Below, one piece after another: positions 13,262 through 25,799 of a DNA stretch of 64,000 nt. Both the position numbers and the translations under genes were made by a program. Position 1 is the first letter of the stretch; every line of letters begins with the position of its first letter. Origin of the DNA: Sphagnum compactum (taxonomy: Eukaryota); assembly GCA_965153455.1 (NCBI GenBank), contig OZ234493.1:17846213-17910212 (forward strand). Direction: 5' to 3'. The notes under the pieces are model-generated. The model had not been told where the DNA came from and did no database searches. It was given only the letters and a program-made list of their open reading frames with translations.

Positions 13262-15119
13262 ATCACGTAAGCTCTATCATAAATTGTGATTCAATTTTTT
13301 TGGTGTGTGTTTTTGCACCAAATGTTTAAAAAAGGAGCCTTTTATTAGGTTTTCTTTTTGGCAAGGAGTCACTTTGATTGGCTCATCACACAAAATAAAA
13401 CATTAAAAAAATTTGAAACATTGGACATGGCCAAAATGGAATCTTAAGAATGGGGCTTTTGACGATGTCTAGGCATTTTATGCTCACAACTACAACTCCA
13501 AGTTGTGCCCACATACATGTGCCCCTCGCCCGCCCACCCCTCTCCCCCCCCTGGCGCACCACCCCACCCGGAACCCGTCTTAACTGATAATACATGTGTT
13601 GCCAACTAAGGAAGCAGAAGAATAAAAGAAACACACCACTGAACACCACACAAACATCTCTGACACCAACCAAAACCACCGGCATCATCATCAACAACAT
13701 CATCTCCGAGTGAGTCTGGGACACCACCACCACAACAACGCCATTGTTACGTTCCATAATGCAATAATAAGTTTTCATGTACAAACGAGCGGGCTTGGCG
13801 TAACATCATGATTGTGCAAACAAAAATTGGGTATTTAAAAAAAATTCCGCTGCAAACAAACATAGTCCAGTTGTTGTTTTTTTTTTTCCTTCAAATGGTT
13901 TTTTTTGTTCCGGAGGTCAGGGAATCATTCAACCTGTCTGTATGTCTGTCCACTCTCTCTCTCTTTCTCTTTGGTCTTGGGGTTGCGGTTGAGTGAGTCG
14001 AGGATAAAAGTTTATCAGAGGGGTCGGCCGGCCGGCCGGCGAGGGCAGTCAAAATAATTATTTCCGAACAACTTGGTGTGCGACATCCGCATGTGTATGG
14101 GCTGGCATGTAGTTGACTGCCTAAATCTAGTGTCAGGGTAAGTATTTTTAAAATGTCCACCACGAGTAAAATATCCCATCTGTGGTGGTGGACGAATGGA
14201 CGGACATACATACAGACCACCACCTTTATGCACCCAACAAGCTAACTAACCGAACACATTTCAATATGAGTATCTACAAGCAAATAGCCCTAGGTCAGCT
14301 CCAACATTGACACCGAACAAATAATTGTTTTTTCCCAAAAAAATCGATTGTTTAAATTTTCATGAAATTATTAAAAAAATTCATTTTCTTGATCTCTATG
14401 TATTGGTATCTTCAAAACAAGTAATGAAATTACTCAGACCATAGCCGGTGATAATTACGACAATTTTCAACACCTCAGGTTCATATTTTTGACAAAAGTT
14501 TGGTTTCAAAATTGAAAGGGTTATTTTATGTTGAAAGCGACCCTAGGATAAAGGTATCTATGTAGGAAATTGGCCACCAAATTTATTTTTAAAAAATAAA
14601 ATAAAATTTGGAGTTTCGAGGTGCAGCAGGAATTAGGTAGTTGGGGGGTACACAGGTAGGTGGGGTACGCCCTGGGTCACCCTATGACATAAAGGGTGAC
14701 CCAAAGCGAGGGTCACGCCCGAGAACCCTAAAAGCTTCCTATCCATCCCTAAAAGCTCCCTATTCATCCTCCGATCCCCTAACTAGTGAAGAGGAAGCTT
14801 TACTATACTACTTTACATATTCTTTGCATCGTCACCTATTGGGGTCACCTTTGAGTTCACAAGGAAGTGCTACATGTACCCCGTCCATGTACCATAGTAA
14901 ATGGTTCCCAATCTCCCCAGTTGTTAACCACCTTCGAAGATGTTGTTAGCAGTGTTGGCCGGCTATTATAATAACCAGTACGCTCACCAGTGTTAGGTTA
15001 TTACTAACCTGATTGAGAATTGGATGTTTTCTCAAACATTGGCCCAACATTGTTATGAACCCTAGTTTACCATCTATGGCACAACTACGTTCACACTCAA
15101 GGTCAATTTTTTGTTTTTT

Positions 15120-18100
15120 GGCGCCCTGATCTTAGATGTAGGTTGACTAATCGTCGCTGGTGTCAGCTGCGAAGCCAACGTTTAGCCGGTGCACTCGCAA
15201 GCAATCAGCTACTCCCCAAAGCTTCGCTGGAGCGCGACGAAAAGGCGCTGATTGATTTGGTAGATGGTCTGTCCTTGGGGTCGGTTGTGTTTGTCAAAAT
15301 GACGAATGGCGATCTTGCGGATCATGATGCGCGTCTCGGGGGCGGAGCCGTCGAACGTCTCCTAGGCCATGGCGATCAAGCACAGGCCATTGCGGGGACA
15401 CTTCTCGTCGTCGTCGGAGTGCTTCTTGGCGGTGGCGGCCTTGGCAGCGACCAGACTCTTTCCCGCCACACGATCGATGAAGGTGGGCTGCAGTGGGTGT
15501 GTAATCACAAAGTCCAGGCAGGTGTCCTGGCCGGCACAGAACATCGGGAGCAGGACGTCAGCCGGACGATCCTTGCGGCCAGCGATTAGGCCGGTCTTCT
15601 CGAGGCGGGACTTGAGACCCGCCTCATTGGCGATGATGTTCTGCACGTATGGCATGCGGTCGTAGCGGCGAATGGTGTGCGGCCCGTGCCTACAGGTCAC
15701 GGCGTGGTCGCCGTACGGGTCCATCACGTGCAGACGGCACTTCGGGCAGCAGACGACTGGGCATGTCTTCAAGCCCAATCGGAACTGGACGACACGCTGG
15801 AAGTGGCGCGGTGGCAGGGTGAGGTCGAGATAGGGCAACGGCAGGGCGGTGAAGTACCCCGACGCCTAGCCAGCACGCAAAGACTGGAGGCGCCCCTTGT
15901 TGCGCACGTTGCTATCGGCGAATAGGCGATCGTACTCGGCTTTGTTCATCAGGTGCATGATCTTGGACTGGATGCCGACGCCCAACGCCTTGGGGTTGAA
16001 CTGGAGGATCTTGTTCAGGGCAGCGAGGTTGCCCGGGTTGACACGTTGACGTAGGCACTCAAACTCAGTGCTCAGGTCGTTGGTCGGGTCCACGTCGACG
16101 TCGTTGTGGCCGAGCAGTTTGTTGACCAGGCCGACAGTGCCCAGGCGCGAGCTGACGTAGGCGGCATCGGGGTGGTCCTCGACAATGCCAATGGCCAACC
16201 CAGCCTTGCCGATCAGCAGGTGGGCCTGCTTCCATGCGAGCGGGTCGTCGATTTGGGCGGAGAGTATGGCCTCGATTGCCATCTGCCAGTTCTGGTCGGC
16301 GGTCTGCAGTTCGTTACGGATACAGTCGCTGCGCACGGTGCGGAGCAAGTGGTCGATCTTGGACGAGTTGGCGCTGCCGCATAGGATGATCATCTCAGTC
16401 TGCGAGTCGTTGATGTACGGGATGCGATCGAGGATCGACTGGATGTTGTCGATCTTGGCCTTGATGAAGTCCTGCACGTACAGGTCGGGGCCGATCGGGC
16501 AGCCGAGCGTCTTCTAGCCGTCGTTGAATGTCTTGAACTTAATCGACGTCGGGAACAGGCACCGCAGGTCGATCGCGTCGGCGTCGCTGGTGATCGACGA
16601 CTTGTACAACTGCAGGTGGAGGCCGTGCTCAGGTCCGTCGTCGACGAACATCTGGACGGCTCAACTCGTGTCATTGAGCGTGCCGACGATCTTGCCATCA
16701 TCGAGGTACCACGCGTTCAGCTGCAGGTCGGGGATGATGTTGTGCACCTTAAGGAGGAAGGCGTGCAGGGTCAGCGGGTCGCCGTGGTCGACGCCAGATG
16801 TCAGCGAGAACACGTGATCCTCGTAATACAGGCAGCCCGCCTGTGTGTAGACAGCGGCGACGAACCGCGCCATGCCCGGCAGCTTGTCGACGACTGAATC
16901 AATGGCGGTTTGGCGTAGGCAGTGCCCGTAGGCATTTTGCAGGTACAGGTCGACCTCGGCATGCGTCTCACGGTCGATGGTGTCACGCATCATGTTGGTG
17001 GCGTGCACGATCGCTTCGGCCTCGCCGGCGACACCGGCGCCGAGCTGGAATGGGTTCAGCAATTCGACGATTGCGACGCACTCCTTGTCCAGTAGGCACT
17101 TGCTGACGATGCGTCGGTCCAGCAGCATCAAGTTTAGCTGGCGGATGTCGTACTCGGTGCGGTCGGCACGTAGCGTCTCCTGGGATGCTTCCTTGATGAG
17201 TAGGATGGCCCGCTCGCCGCTAAAGTACGGGCCGCTGGCCTCCGGCCAGGCGCCCTGCGCCAGCACGTTGACGAAGCGGCTGTACGCCCGCTGAAAAGCG
17301 TTCGCCGCGTTGGCCAAACGAGTGACGACGCAATACTTATAGAACTCGACGCGGTTGCCGTCCATGCCCGGCGTGGTGCCCTTCGAGATGTTGTTGACAA
17401 TGTGCATGATCTGGCCCTTCTTGAAGTTATGGCCGGCTGATAGGTCGGCCAGCGGCTGCATTTCGGGCAGGTCGGCTTGTTGCAATTTGGATAGCAGCTT
17501 GCCGAGCGTGCGCTCGCTCGACTCCGCCATGCCGCACGACATCAGGGCACGCACAGCGCAGCCCACCCTGCCACATTGCACCAGCTTTTTTGCGCGCTTG
17601 GCATTTTGGATGATCAGTTCGTCGCCCTCGAGGCGGTACGACGGGGCAAAGATGCGAGCCGGGCGAACTTCGGCCATCGCCGACGCCCATTGGGTGGCTT
17701 GACCGCGAGGCTGCAGCCATTGGACGCAGCGGTTGACGATTTGCTTGGCGAACGACGTCGCGAGCTGGGTGCCACCGCAGATGGGCGTGCGCAGGATGGT
17801 CTTGGTGAACATGAAGTGCGATAGCCAGCGCTCCAGGTTGGTCGGCTGGTCGCAAAGCTCGTTAAGGATGGTCGTCCAGAGCTGAATGACGGCGTTGATC
17901 GCGTCCTTGGGTATGTAGTCGGACGTGGGTAGAGTAGCAGTCAGGATTTGTTCCATGCTGGGCAGGTTGAGGTTCTGCGCCAGCCCTTGCGCGCCCTCCG
18001 AGGAGTTATTGCCAAGACGATCGGCGTCGACTTGAATGGGATCGACATCATCTCGGCGCTCCTCGAGCAGACGCGTTAGGTTGGTGTTAGATTGCTGCAG

Positions 18101-18409
18101 GTTCTTGAAGATGCGACGGTGAACACGGCAACGCTCCACGTCGCCGATGCACGGGGTGTATAGCTTGGTGCAGTCGATGCACGCCTTGAGGCCCGAGAAG
18201 AGGAGGTAGTCGCTCATCAGGTCGACCAGGTAGACGTGGCTCCTAAGGGTGCTGCCGGTCGACACCCAACCCTTGATGTACGCGTTCGTCTCCCGGCACG
18301 CCAATGCCGGGCAGACGTGCTTGGTGGTGTTGTTGATGACCCTAGTGAAGACGAAGTGCTCGTCCGGGGGGGGCGGCGGCGGGGCCGCCATGGGGACGGG
18401 TCTATGCCT
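15120..18409 (-). mobile_element. CRE-clade-like non-LTR retrotransposon (zinc finger + RT + restriction-like endonuclease), near full length
   Basis: Sharp GC-rich island. RT motifs PGMDGNR, DIRQL, PFQLGAGVAGEAEAIVH, LQNAYG, GVDHGDPL, AWYLDDG and KTLGCPIG. C-terminal CPKC..D.YGDHAVTC zinc knuckle and R(Y/H)D..E..RPAD..D..K endonuclease motif. No APE domain and no LTRs. A-rich tail (T-run on +, 15107-15119). Confidence 0.9.
15182..18391 (-). pseudogene. Single CRE-type RT-RLE ORF (1070 codons) disabled by five in-frame stops
   Basis: ORFs 16661-18391, 15866-16477 and 15362-15838 share one frame. Reading through stops at 16661-63 (TGA) and 16514-16, 15866-68, 15362-64, 15209-11 (TAG) gives continuous protein ending ..QRLFVALQRSFGE*LIACECTG-TAA at 15182. 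Confidence 0.9.
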
Positions 18410-18574
18410 AAAAAAAAAATTTAAAAAAAAAAAAAAAAAAAACCTTATTTTGAGGAGAAATTCTAAACACTAACGACGACGTGCCGTGCAAGAAATTTTC
18501 GCTTTTTTTTTTTTGGGGAAAAGAAATTCCGATTTCAGACTAATAAAATAAAACCTATTACAGAAAATAATAAT

Positions 18575-18606
18575 AAATTAAATAAATAAATAAATAAATA
18601 AATAAA
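18575..18606 (+). repeat. (TAAA)n microsatellite
   Basis: Run of aataaataaataaa seen directly. Confidence 0.8.
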
Positions 18607-19560
18607 TGTTTGTTTTGGTCATTTTTGGTGAGAGGCACACCGTCATGTGTTTGAACACTTAGTCACGCGCCTTCTCCAAGTTCCTCTATGTGGCTAAATC
18701 TTAGCTTTGGTTTCTCAATGTGGCAAGCACTAATTATGACAATTTTGGCTACCTACTACTTGAAATCAGGCAATTTTTCTTAAATTTTTTTGAACTCTCG
18801 ACAATTAAAAATCTTAAAAATACTTCATTTTATCATTTTCAATTTTCAATTTTGATGTTTTGGCCCCAAAAAAAAAAGCCAGAAAAATAAGAAAGGCTGC
18901 TAAGGGCACATACTTTTAGTGTTCAGATGAAACCTGAATTGGAGTTGTTGTGTTAGATGCTATTTGAGTTTTCATCCCCCGATCAAACTCATCATCCATC
19001 CATCCATCCTTCATGGTCCACTGGTGGCTGTTGGTTGGTTCCCCCTGGGCATCCACTACACAGTTGCGCTGGGATCGGTTGTTGGGTGATTTAGAGGGAT
19101 TAAAGGGTATTTTTTTTGCTTGACATGTGACATAGTTTTTGTACCTGGGAGCAATTGTTGCACCGTCTTCTAATCCATTGTACTTGAACTTGCATTTTCT
19201 TGAATTTTTATTTTTATACTACATATATATATATTGAAGGCAAAAGGTGTAGCATGAAAGTTTGGCATGTGGTCCATATTCCTTTGACAACCCACCCACA
19301 TGCAATTTTATTTTATTTTTCCTTCTTTTCTTTCTTTTTTCAATATGTAAAATTGTATGTACACAATTCTACAAAAGAGACAAAAACTAATTATAAAAAT
19401 GGTGCAAGACTCGGCATGATGGGTGCGGGGGGTGGGGGGGGGTTGGGAGAATTCCATGTGATCCAAGTTTGAGTATTATTTTCATAACGGAGAGAGCATA
19501 AGTTGCCCAGAATTAGTCCACAAATTTTCTTTCTTATTGTCAACGGAAAGAAGTGGGATG

Positions 19561-19581
19561 CTCTCTCTCTCTCTCTCTCTC
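19561..19581 (+). repeat. (CT)n microsatellite
   Basis: ctctctctctctctctctctc. Confidence 0.9.
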
Positions 19582-20940
19582 AACCCAAAAATGGGAGGTG
19601 CCATGGCCTACCCAATTCTCATGTATAGTAGTCGTACTACTAGAATCTAGTTGTAGGTTGAGGTCAATTTGGCCATCCGTATTATTATTTGAGGAGGGAA
19701 GTTACAAGTTCCAAGCTTCTTTTATGTATGCCTTTGGTTAACTTGTTGCAATTGTTTGTGCAATTGTAGCTTCTTGTATTTCAAACTCATTGTCTCCAAA
19801 TGTAAGCAATTGCATCATGGAGTCTGACATTGGGTTTGATTGTTGAATTGGTACTTACTTGTCTGTTTGCACCTTTTGTAAAGCTCCTGCATACTAGAGA
19901 CACCCATTGGTTTGGGTAAAAAGCTGGTTCCCTATGGACTCAGATACTAACCTACGGACTATTGCAATTATTTTTGAGATGGTCAGGCTAAGTGCTGACT
20001 TTCTTTCTACTTGTAAAAGATACCCATACATTGTGACCCTCGTCAACAATGTTGTTGTTACACAAGTCCAAAGCACCCACCTCACCCCCCCCAAAAAAAA
20101 ATTAAAAAAATATTCAACACAAGTTTTTGCTAGATTTTATCATTGAAAACAACACTCCTTGTAAATTGTCATCATTTTTTAATAACAATTTCCAAGCACA
20201 ACACCATTTCAGTTAACAACCCCCCCTCCCACTGCATAAAAAAAACCAAGTGTTTGTGAAGAATTTGACCATTTTAAGTAATACTACAATTTTCTCTAAA
20301 AACTTTCATATGCATAATAATAAGTTTGGGGAAGGAAAAAAAAACTAATAAATCTCCAAAGAAATTGTTCAGAATTTTTTTGGCAGAAATTGCAAGACAC
20401 TCAATTCAACTTGCAATTTACTACCGTTACAATAAATAAATAAAAATTATTTGATTAGCCTACCTTGATATAACAACACTAAATTCTAAACCCTCAACAA
20501 CAACAACAACAAGTACTGCAGTATTCCATGTGATGTAAGCAGTATTTATTTTGTGCTTCTCGAAGTATGAACATTATGATAGTAGCGATTGCAGAAATAG
20601 GTTTGCAAAATGTGCGTTTGCGTTGACGCCGAGTGAGTGTTGTCGACAGAGAGACAGAGACATTGGGTGGCATTGAAAGAGAGAAATATAAATTACACCA
20701 GTTTCCGAGGAAATGATCAAAGTCACACACTTTCAACAACAACAACACTGGCAAAATTGGCAAAGATATATATATACTCTTGTCGGGTTGCCAGGCATTA
20801 CAGTTACTGCATTGCCATGACTGGTAATCAGTTTGCAGTTTGTCTCCCCATGCACCGTAAGTGCCGACTGTTTTTTGCCTGCAGATTGCAACCCCATTTG
20901 CCAGAGACTAGTATTTGAAAACTGTTTTTCTTGTTCGTTT

Positions 20941-20976
20941 GAGAGAGAGAGAGAGAGAGAAAGAGAAAGAAAGAGA
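20941..20976 (+). repeat. (GA)n microsatellite
   Basis: gagagagagagagagagaga followed by aagagaaaga. Confidence 0.9.
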
Positions 20977-23031
20977 TGCTCTCTCTCCTCTTCCGTTGTG
21001 TGTCTCCTAATGCACCAAATGTGCCGATTTATGCATATTTGGAGCATATTTGCTGAGGTTTGGAGCATGTTTGCCAGTGTCACTATTGTTGTGTTTGTAC
21101 ATTGTAAACTCGTACTCAATGTGACGTCATCCATTGATTATGTGATTTCTTTTTGCCCCCCCCCAATCCCCCCCCCCCTTCTTGCGCCTCTTGTCTCCCC
21201 TTGCGCTTAAACTCGCTCGGTCCCACATTCGTTTTCTCACGAGCACACTGCATTTTGCAGATTTTGACTTTGAACTTCACACCCGTCTTTTGATCTGAAA
21301 CTTATGTATTTGTTAATTCGTTTGATTCGTGGACAAAAGAGTGCGGAGTCTGGAAGCAGAGAATAAAAAGAGGAGGAGTTGGCTGAGACCAGGTCTGCGG
21401 GAGGAGGGGGGGGGGGAACAGGGAACGAGGAGGGGAACCAAGGTCACAACTTGTCCCCAAAGCTTTGGACCTATTTGGGACGTAGATATTAAATTCCGTG
21501 TTGGGCGGTTATCAGAAACCAGAACAGAGTCACAATTTACCCCTTGTGATCATGAGGTCCGTTCATTCCCGGTTCTCAGCAAAATCAGAGACCCGGCTTC
21601 TGGTATATATAACCACAGTTCTCACAGATGTTAGAAAAATCAAATAACCGGCTGTAAAACTGCCAGTCCATCGCTGGGTCACTCTGGCTCTTCTGATTCG
21701 TAACCATGGTTCTCAAAAACAACCCAGAAAACAGCTTTGGCATGCATCCATGGTTCTCAGAAATTTCCCAAAAAAATCAAATAATGGCGACCATGAAAGT
21801 ACCAGTTCATTAGCCGGTTCTCTCATAAAGACCGCCGGTTCTTTAAGGAGTTTTAAATGACCGGGACGGACCAGCAGTTCTATGAGTCTGATTTTTTTTC
21901 ACTTTTTTTTTTCAAAAAACCAAAACTAACCGCAATCGATTTCATGATTTCAAAATCATTGTAAAACCAGATCCGACGGTTCGTCACAAATTCAAATAAC
22001 CACGCCACACTGATATTACCTACAAAGAAAGGGGGTTGATCTACCTTCCAACAACAAGAACAAAATCTGTGGCACACACTGGTGTTAATGTTCATGATTT
22101 GCTGGTGCGGTTGTATGTATGTCCGTCCGCACACAAACATCATCATGCAGTGTAGTACCCTCTAGTTTATAGGCCGGGTAATTTCCATTACTATTTAATG
22201 ACAATGCATCCAAAGTTGAAACCGATGTTCCTCCGGTGATGGGCATCTTTTGATTGGCCTGTCACCATGAACAAAAAAAAAATTAATTTTTAAAAAAAAA
22301 GGCTTTTGGGTGAACAACTCCCAAAGTAGAATTTACTGTAGCCTTTTCATTTTAATTTTTTCGAGAATTGAAAAAGAGACCCCACCCACCCCAAAAAAAA
22401 AAAAAAAAACCACAAAAGAAGTGACAGACCCTCATGCTACACGAGGTTAAAAATTGTCCGACCAAGCCCCAACCCAAGCCCGTGGATCGACTTTGATGCC
22501 ATTGTGACAAAAGAGGCTTTTCATTTGGCCTTACCCCCCTTCCCCCCCCCTCCCCCTCCCCCCAATGCAATGGTACAATAGTAGAATTGTGGGCGAAGAA
22601 TATGAGATAAGAAGAGTGGGAACACATAGGGAACATTCTTTGCTAGTTAGTCAACACATCATCCATCCTACCTGACAAAACCAAAGTAATAATAACTCCT
22701 AATAAGCAGCACTTTGGCAACAAGAGACCATTGCTTTAAATTCTTCAAGACTTTGCTTCAATAGGGATTCCTATCATTCTCAAATTTTGTACATTTTGTT
22801 TCACCCCTCACTTTGTTGTTCTCTTATGAATATTGTTAGTTTGCAAGAAAGCACTCTTGCCTTTTTGCACACCCCAGTAGTTAGCAAAACCAGTGTTGTG
22901 TGTGTGTGTCATATGTTTTATGTCATATGTGTTCCTCCTATGAATCTCAAGGAGTGAAGAGGACCCTAGGGCTTAGGGTTTTCTACCTGTTTTTTTGAGG
23001 TCTTTTGTCATCACAGTTGTGGCAAAACTAA

Positions 23032-23291
23032 AACAAGGGGTGTGTCACACTGCGGCCTTGCCATTTACATTAAAAAGTATCTTCAGGCCAAAAAAAAGGC
23101 ATTATGGAAACTCAAATATTTCACCATGCAAAAATATAATCGTCAAAAAACCCTCTAAAAGATAAATCAAAATCCTTCAAGATATTATAACTCTATAACT
23201 AATCTCAAGATTCAACACAAGCCAAAATATCATCTTTCAAAAATCCTCTTTTAAAAATAGACCTATTATTATTACCTAGGGGGCCAAAATC
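23032..23291 (+). repeat. Dispersed repeat, copy 2 (direct repeat of 13013-13261)
   Basis: Colinear similarity to 13013-13261 over ~250 bp. Confidence 0.85.
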
Positions 23292-25799
23292 CCTTAAGCT
23301 ACTATACTCTATAATGAATCTAAACACAATATCCTTGCCTTGGTAGTAGGCAAGGCCAACAAAGATTGTGCTAGTGTTAACACCATACACACTTCATGGC
23401 TCACTTGGAGAATATCTTTTCCAAATTGATTATAGGTAGTTGGCACTAGTTTGAAGTAGTGAAGAGTGCAAATGTGGTTATGGCAATCCTTTCATAATCA
23501 TCCATGTTCCCAAATACATACAAATGCTTACATATGTACATTGACATGAAAATCATTAGAAGTCAACTTCTCCTAGAGCGTCCCCTCCTTAGGAACCCCC
23601 TTACTTTCACTTTGACAAATCACACCACAACCCATGACTATAGACCCCATCTTCTTCCCATAAGTATCCCTTTGCATGCACTTCATGTTTCATTGACCCA
23701 CCACATGGCCTCTTTTGTGCCCTCGTAGAATGAATCACCCCCTCTTTGGGGCCACATCATCTTTAACAAACCATGGTCCTACCCCCATCTATCTCCATTG
23801 GCTATCCTCTTGTTGCCTCAATCTCACATGTGCCTACCATCACATCCCATCATTACCAGCGCTGGTCCACATATTACAAACCCGAACCTACACACCCTTT
23901 GCCATCACTATGAGTGCCCTACCGCCTCTTGTGATAAAAAATTCACTCTATGGGTGACCATCTATAAGTGACTAACGCAACATCAACATTCATGACTCCT
24001 TTTCTAGGCTCTAATCCATCCACCCAACATAACTCTCTCCCCAACAAGTAGTACATCCTTCAAATCTTAGCTTGGGCCAAGCAAGTGAATATTTTTGCAT
24101 CACACCTATCCTTTCCCCCCCTTCTACTAGTACAATTTTAACTTTTAAAGCCTTTCAACACAGATGGAATGGTTTTTTGAAAAATTATGCGCCTAATCAA
24201 GGTGTGGAGCTTTCTTTCAACAAATCAAAGTTGGTTCAACGATCTACCCCACCTGGGTCCAAGCATGCTAATATATGCTAGAAAAAGAGTCCCAAATAAA
24301 ATTTTGTTCCAAAAACTTTCATATAAGCATAAAAAATAGATTCAAATGTTTTGAAGCTTCATTAGGGCCCTAATGAAGTGTTCATAACCAAAAAGTTTAA
24401 GGAAAATAATTATAGTGGGGCACAAAATAGATAAAATGAGCCAATGGCTTTACTTTAGAAAAGGATTGCATGTCTTTTTGCTCAAAAATAACATTTTCAT
24501 ACGAATGAATTTTTGAATGTTTTTTTTGCAAATTTTTATGAAAAATGCATATAGTTGTTTAGGTAGATGACTTTTTTTTTTTTAAATTTGAATAAATACG
24601 AATTTTTGAAAATCTGCCAATTCCTTGTAAATTTTATGTTTCATCTTTAAAAATCATAACAATTTCAAATCATAACCATAAATTGTTTTTTTAATTTTTT
24701 ATGTTTCCTTGTATAATAAATTGTTCTTAAAACATCATGTACATTATACCCCATTTATATGTGGTAAAGGACTTTTGAAGTTCTAAATTTCTAGATCAAT
24801 TTTGGAAAGTTCTTTGAAATTTTAAAGTTTTAGATTTCACATATTTTAGGGTATGAGTGTTTTGAATGTGGCTAATAGGTCTTCATTTTCTTAATTTTTT
24901 CCCCATCAATTTTGTTTTATTATAGGAGTCCTTTTGATAGTCCTTTGCAAAATTGATTTAATCTGATGTAATAGGTGTTCACTTTCAAAGGTCCTAAATC
25001 GTAACTTAAACTTAAAATTTTATCAAGTGGATTATTTTTTGAATTCCTTGACATTCATATGAATGAGAAAGGACCAACTTGCCATGATTGCCATGGATTT
25101 AAATGATAAAACATAAATATTTCTCCAATCTTGATTATTTTTAGGGCCCATTTGACATTTTTTTGGCTCATTTTATTGTGACTGCACCTGGAGACATTCC
25201 TGAAACTTTGTGTGAATATAATGAATAGGAACATCAAAATTCAAAATATTTTTTACATTGTTAAAATTTTAAATCTATAAAACCTAGTTAATGTATTCAA
25301 CAAGAATTACGAAAAACCTTTCTTTATGTGTTTCCTATATTTTTCCAAAGTTTGATGGGGTTTTGAAAAATGAAAATGTGACGTTCCTTGTGGTACCACC
25401 CAATCATACTTTCACCTTTAAAACCTTATTTTGCAAAAAATGAACATTTACTTTCTTATACTTGCATCTTTTTTTAAGCATTTAAATGCATATTAAAATA
25501 TGTAAATTTTCAAGATTACGCAATGAAGACAAAGAATTTCCTCTTATTGATCATTCAAATATAACATTCATAGGTTCTATATTTAAGACTTCATTTATAT
25601 TTACTTCATTTAAATATAAGTACATTGGGCTGGCATATTTTAACATGCTTGGCTCCACCTATTAGTAAATGGTTCATTTGGTATGGTTTTTGGGCACCTA
25701 TGCAATTGCTTGCATCCCAAGAAATTTGCAAGTGATTTCTTGTGATTATCCTAATTTCACTCTCACATTGCACAAGGACATATTCATCATATTGCATTG

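Noticed and set aside
15120-18409. Bacterial retron, group II intron or contaminant RT gene
   Set aside because: The motif set (AGEAEAIVH, GDPL, YLDD, LGCPIG, CCHC plus RPAD nuclease) and the A-rich tail fit a eukaryotic RLE non-LTR element. No intron RNA domains or operon context are visible.
15143-18473. Many overlapping + strand and alternate-frame ORFs
   Set aside because: They are shadow ORFs caused by high GC and codon bias of the minus-strand retrotransposon ORF.
19650-20060. Transcription-factor relic with an EAR-like IDLNLQL motif on the minus strand
   Set aside because: A single short motif in a stop-ridden frame with no DNA-binding domain nearby; could be chance.
13013-23291. LTR pair of a 10-kb retrotransposon
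   Set aside because: No TG..CA ends, primer-binding site, polypurine tract or gag-pol between the repeats.
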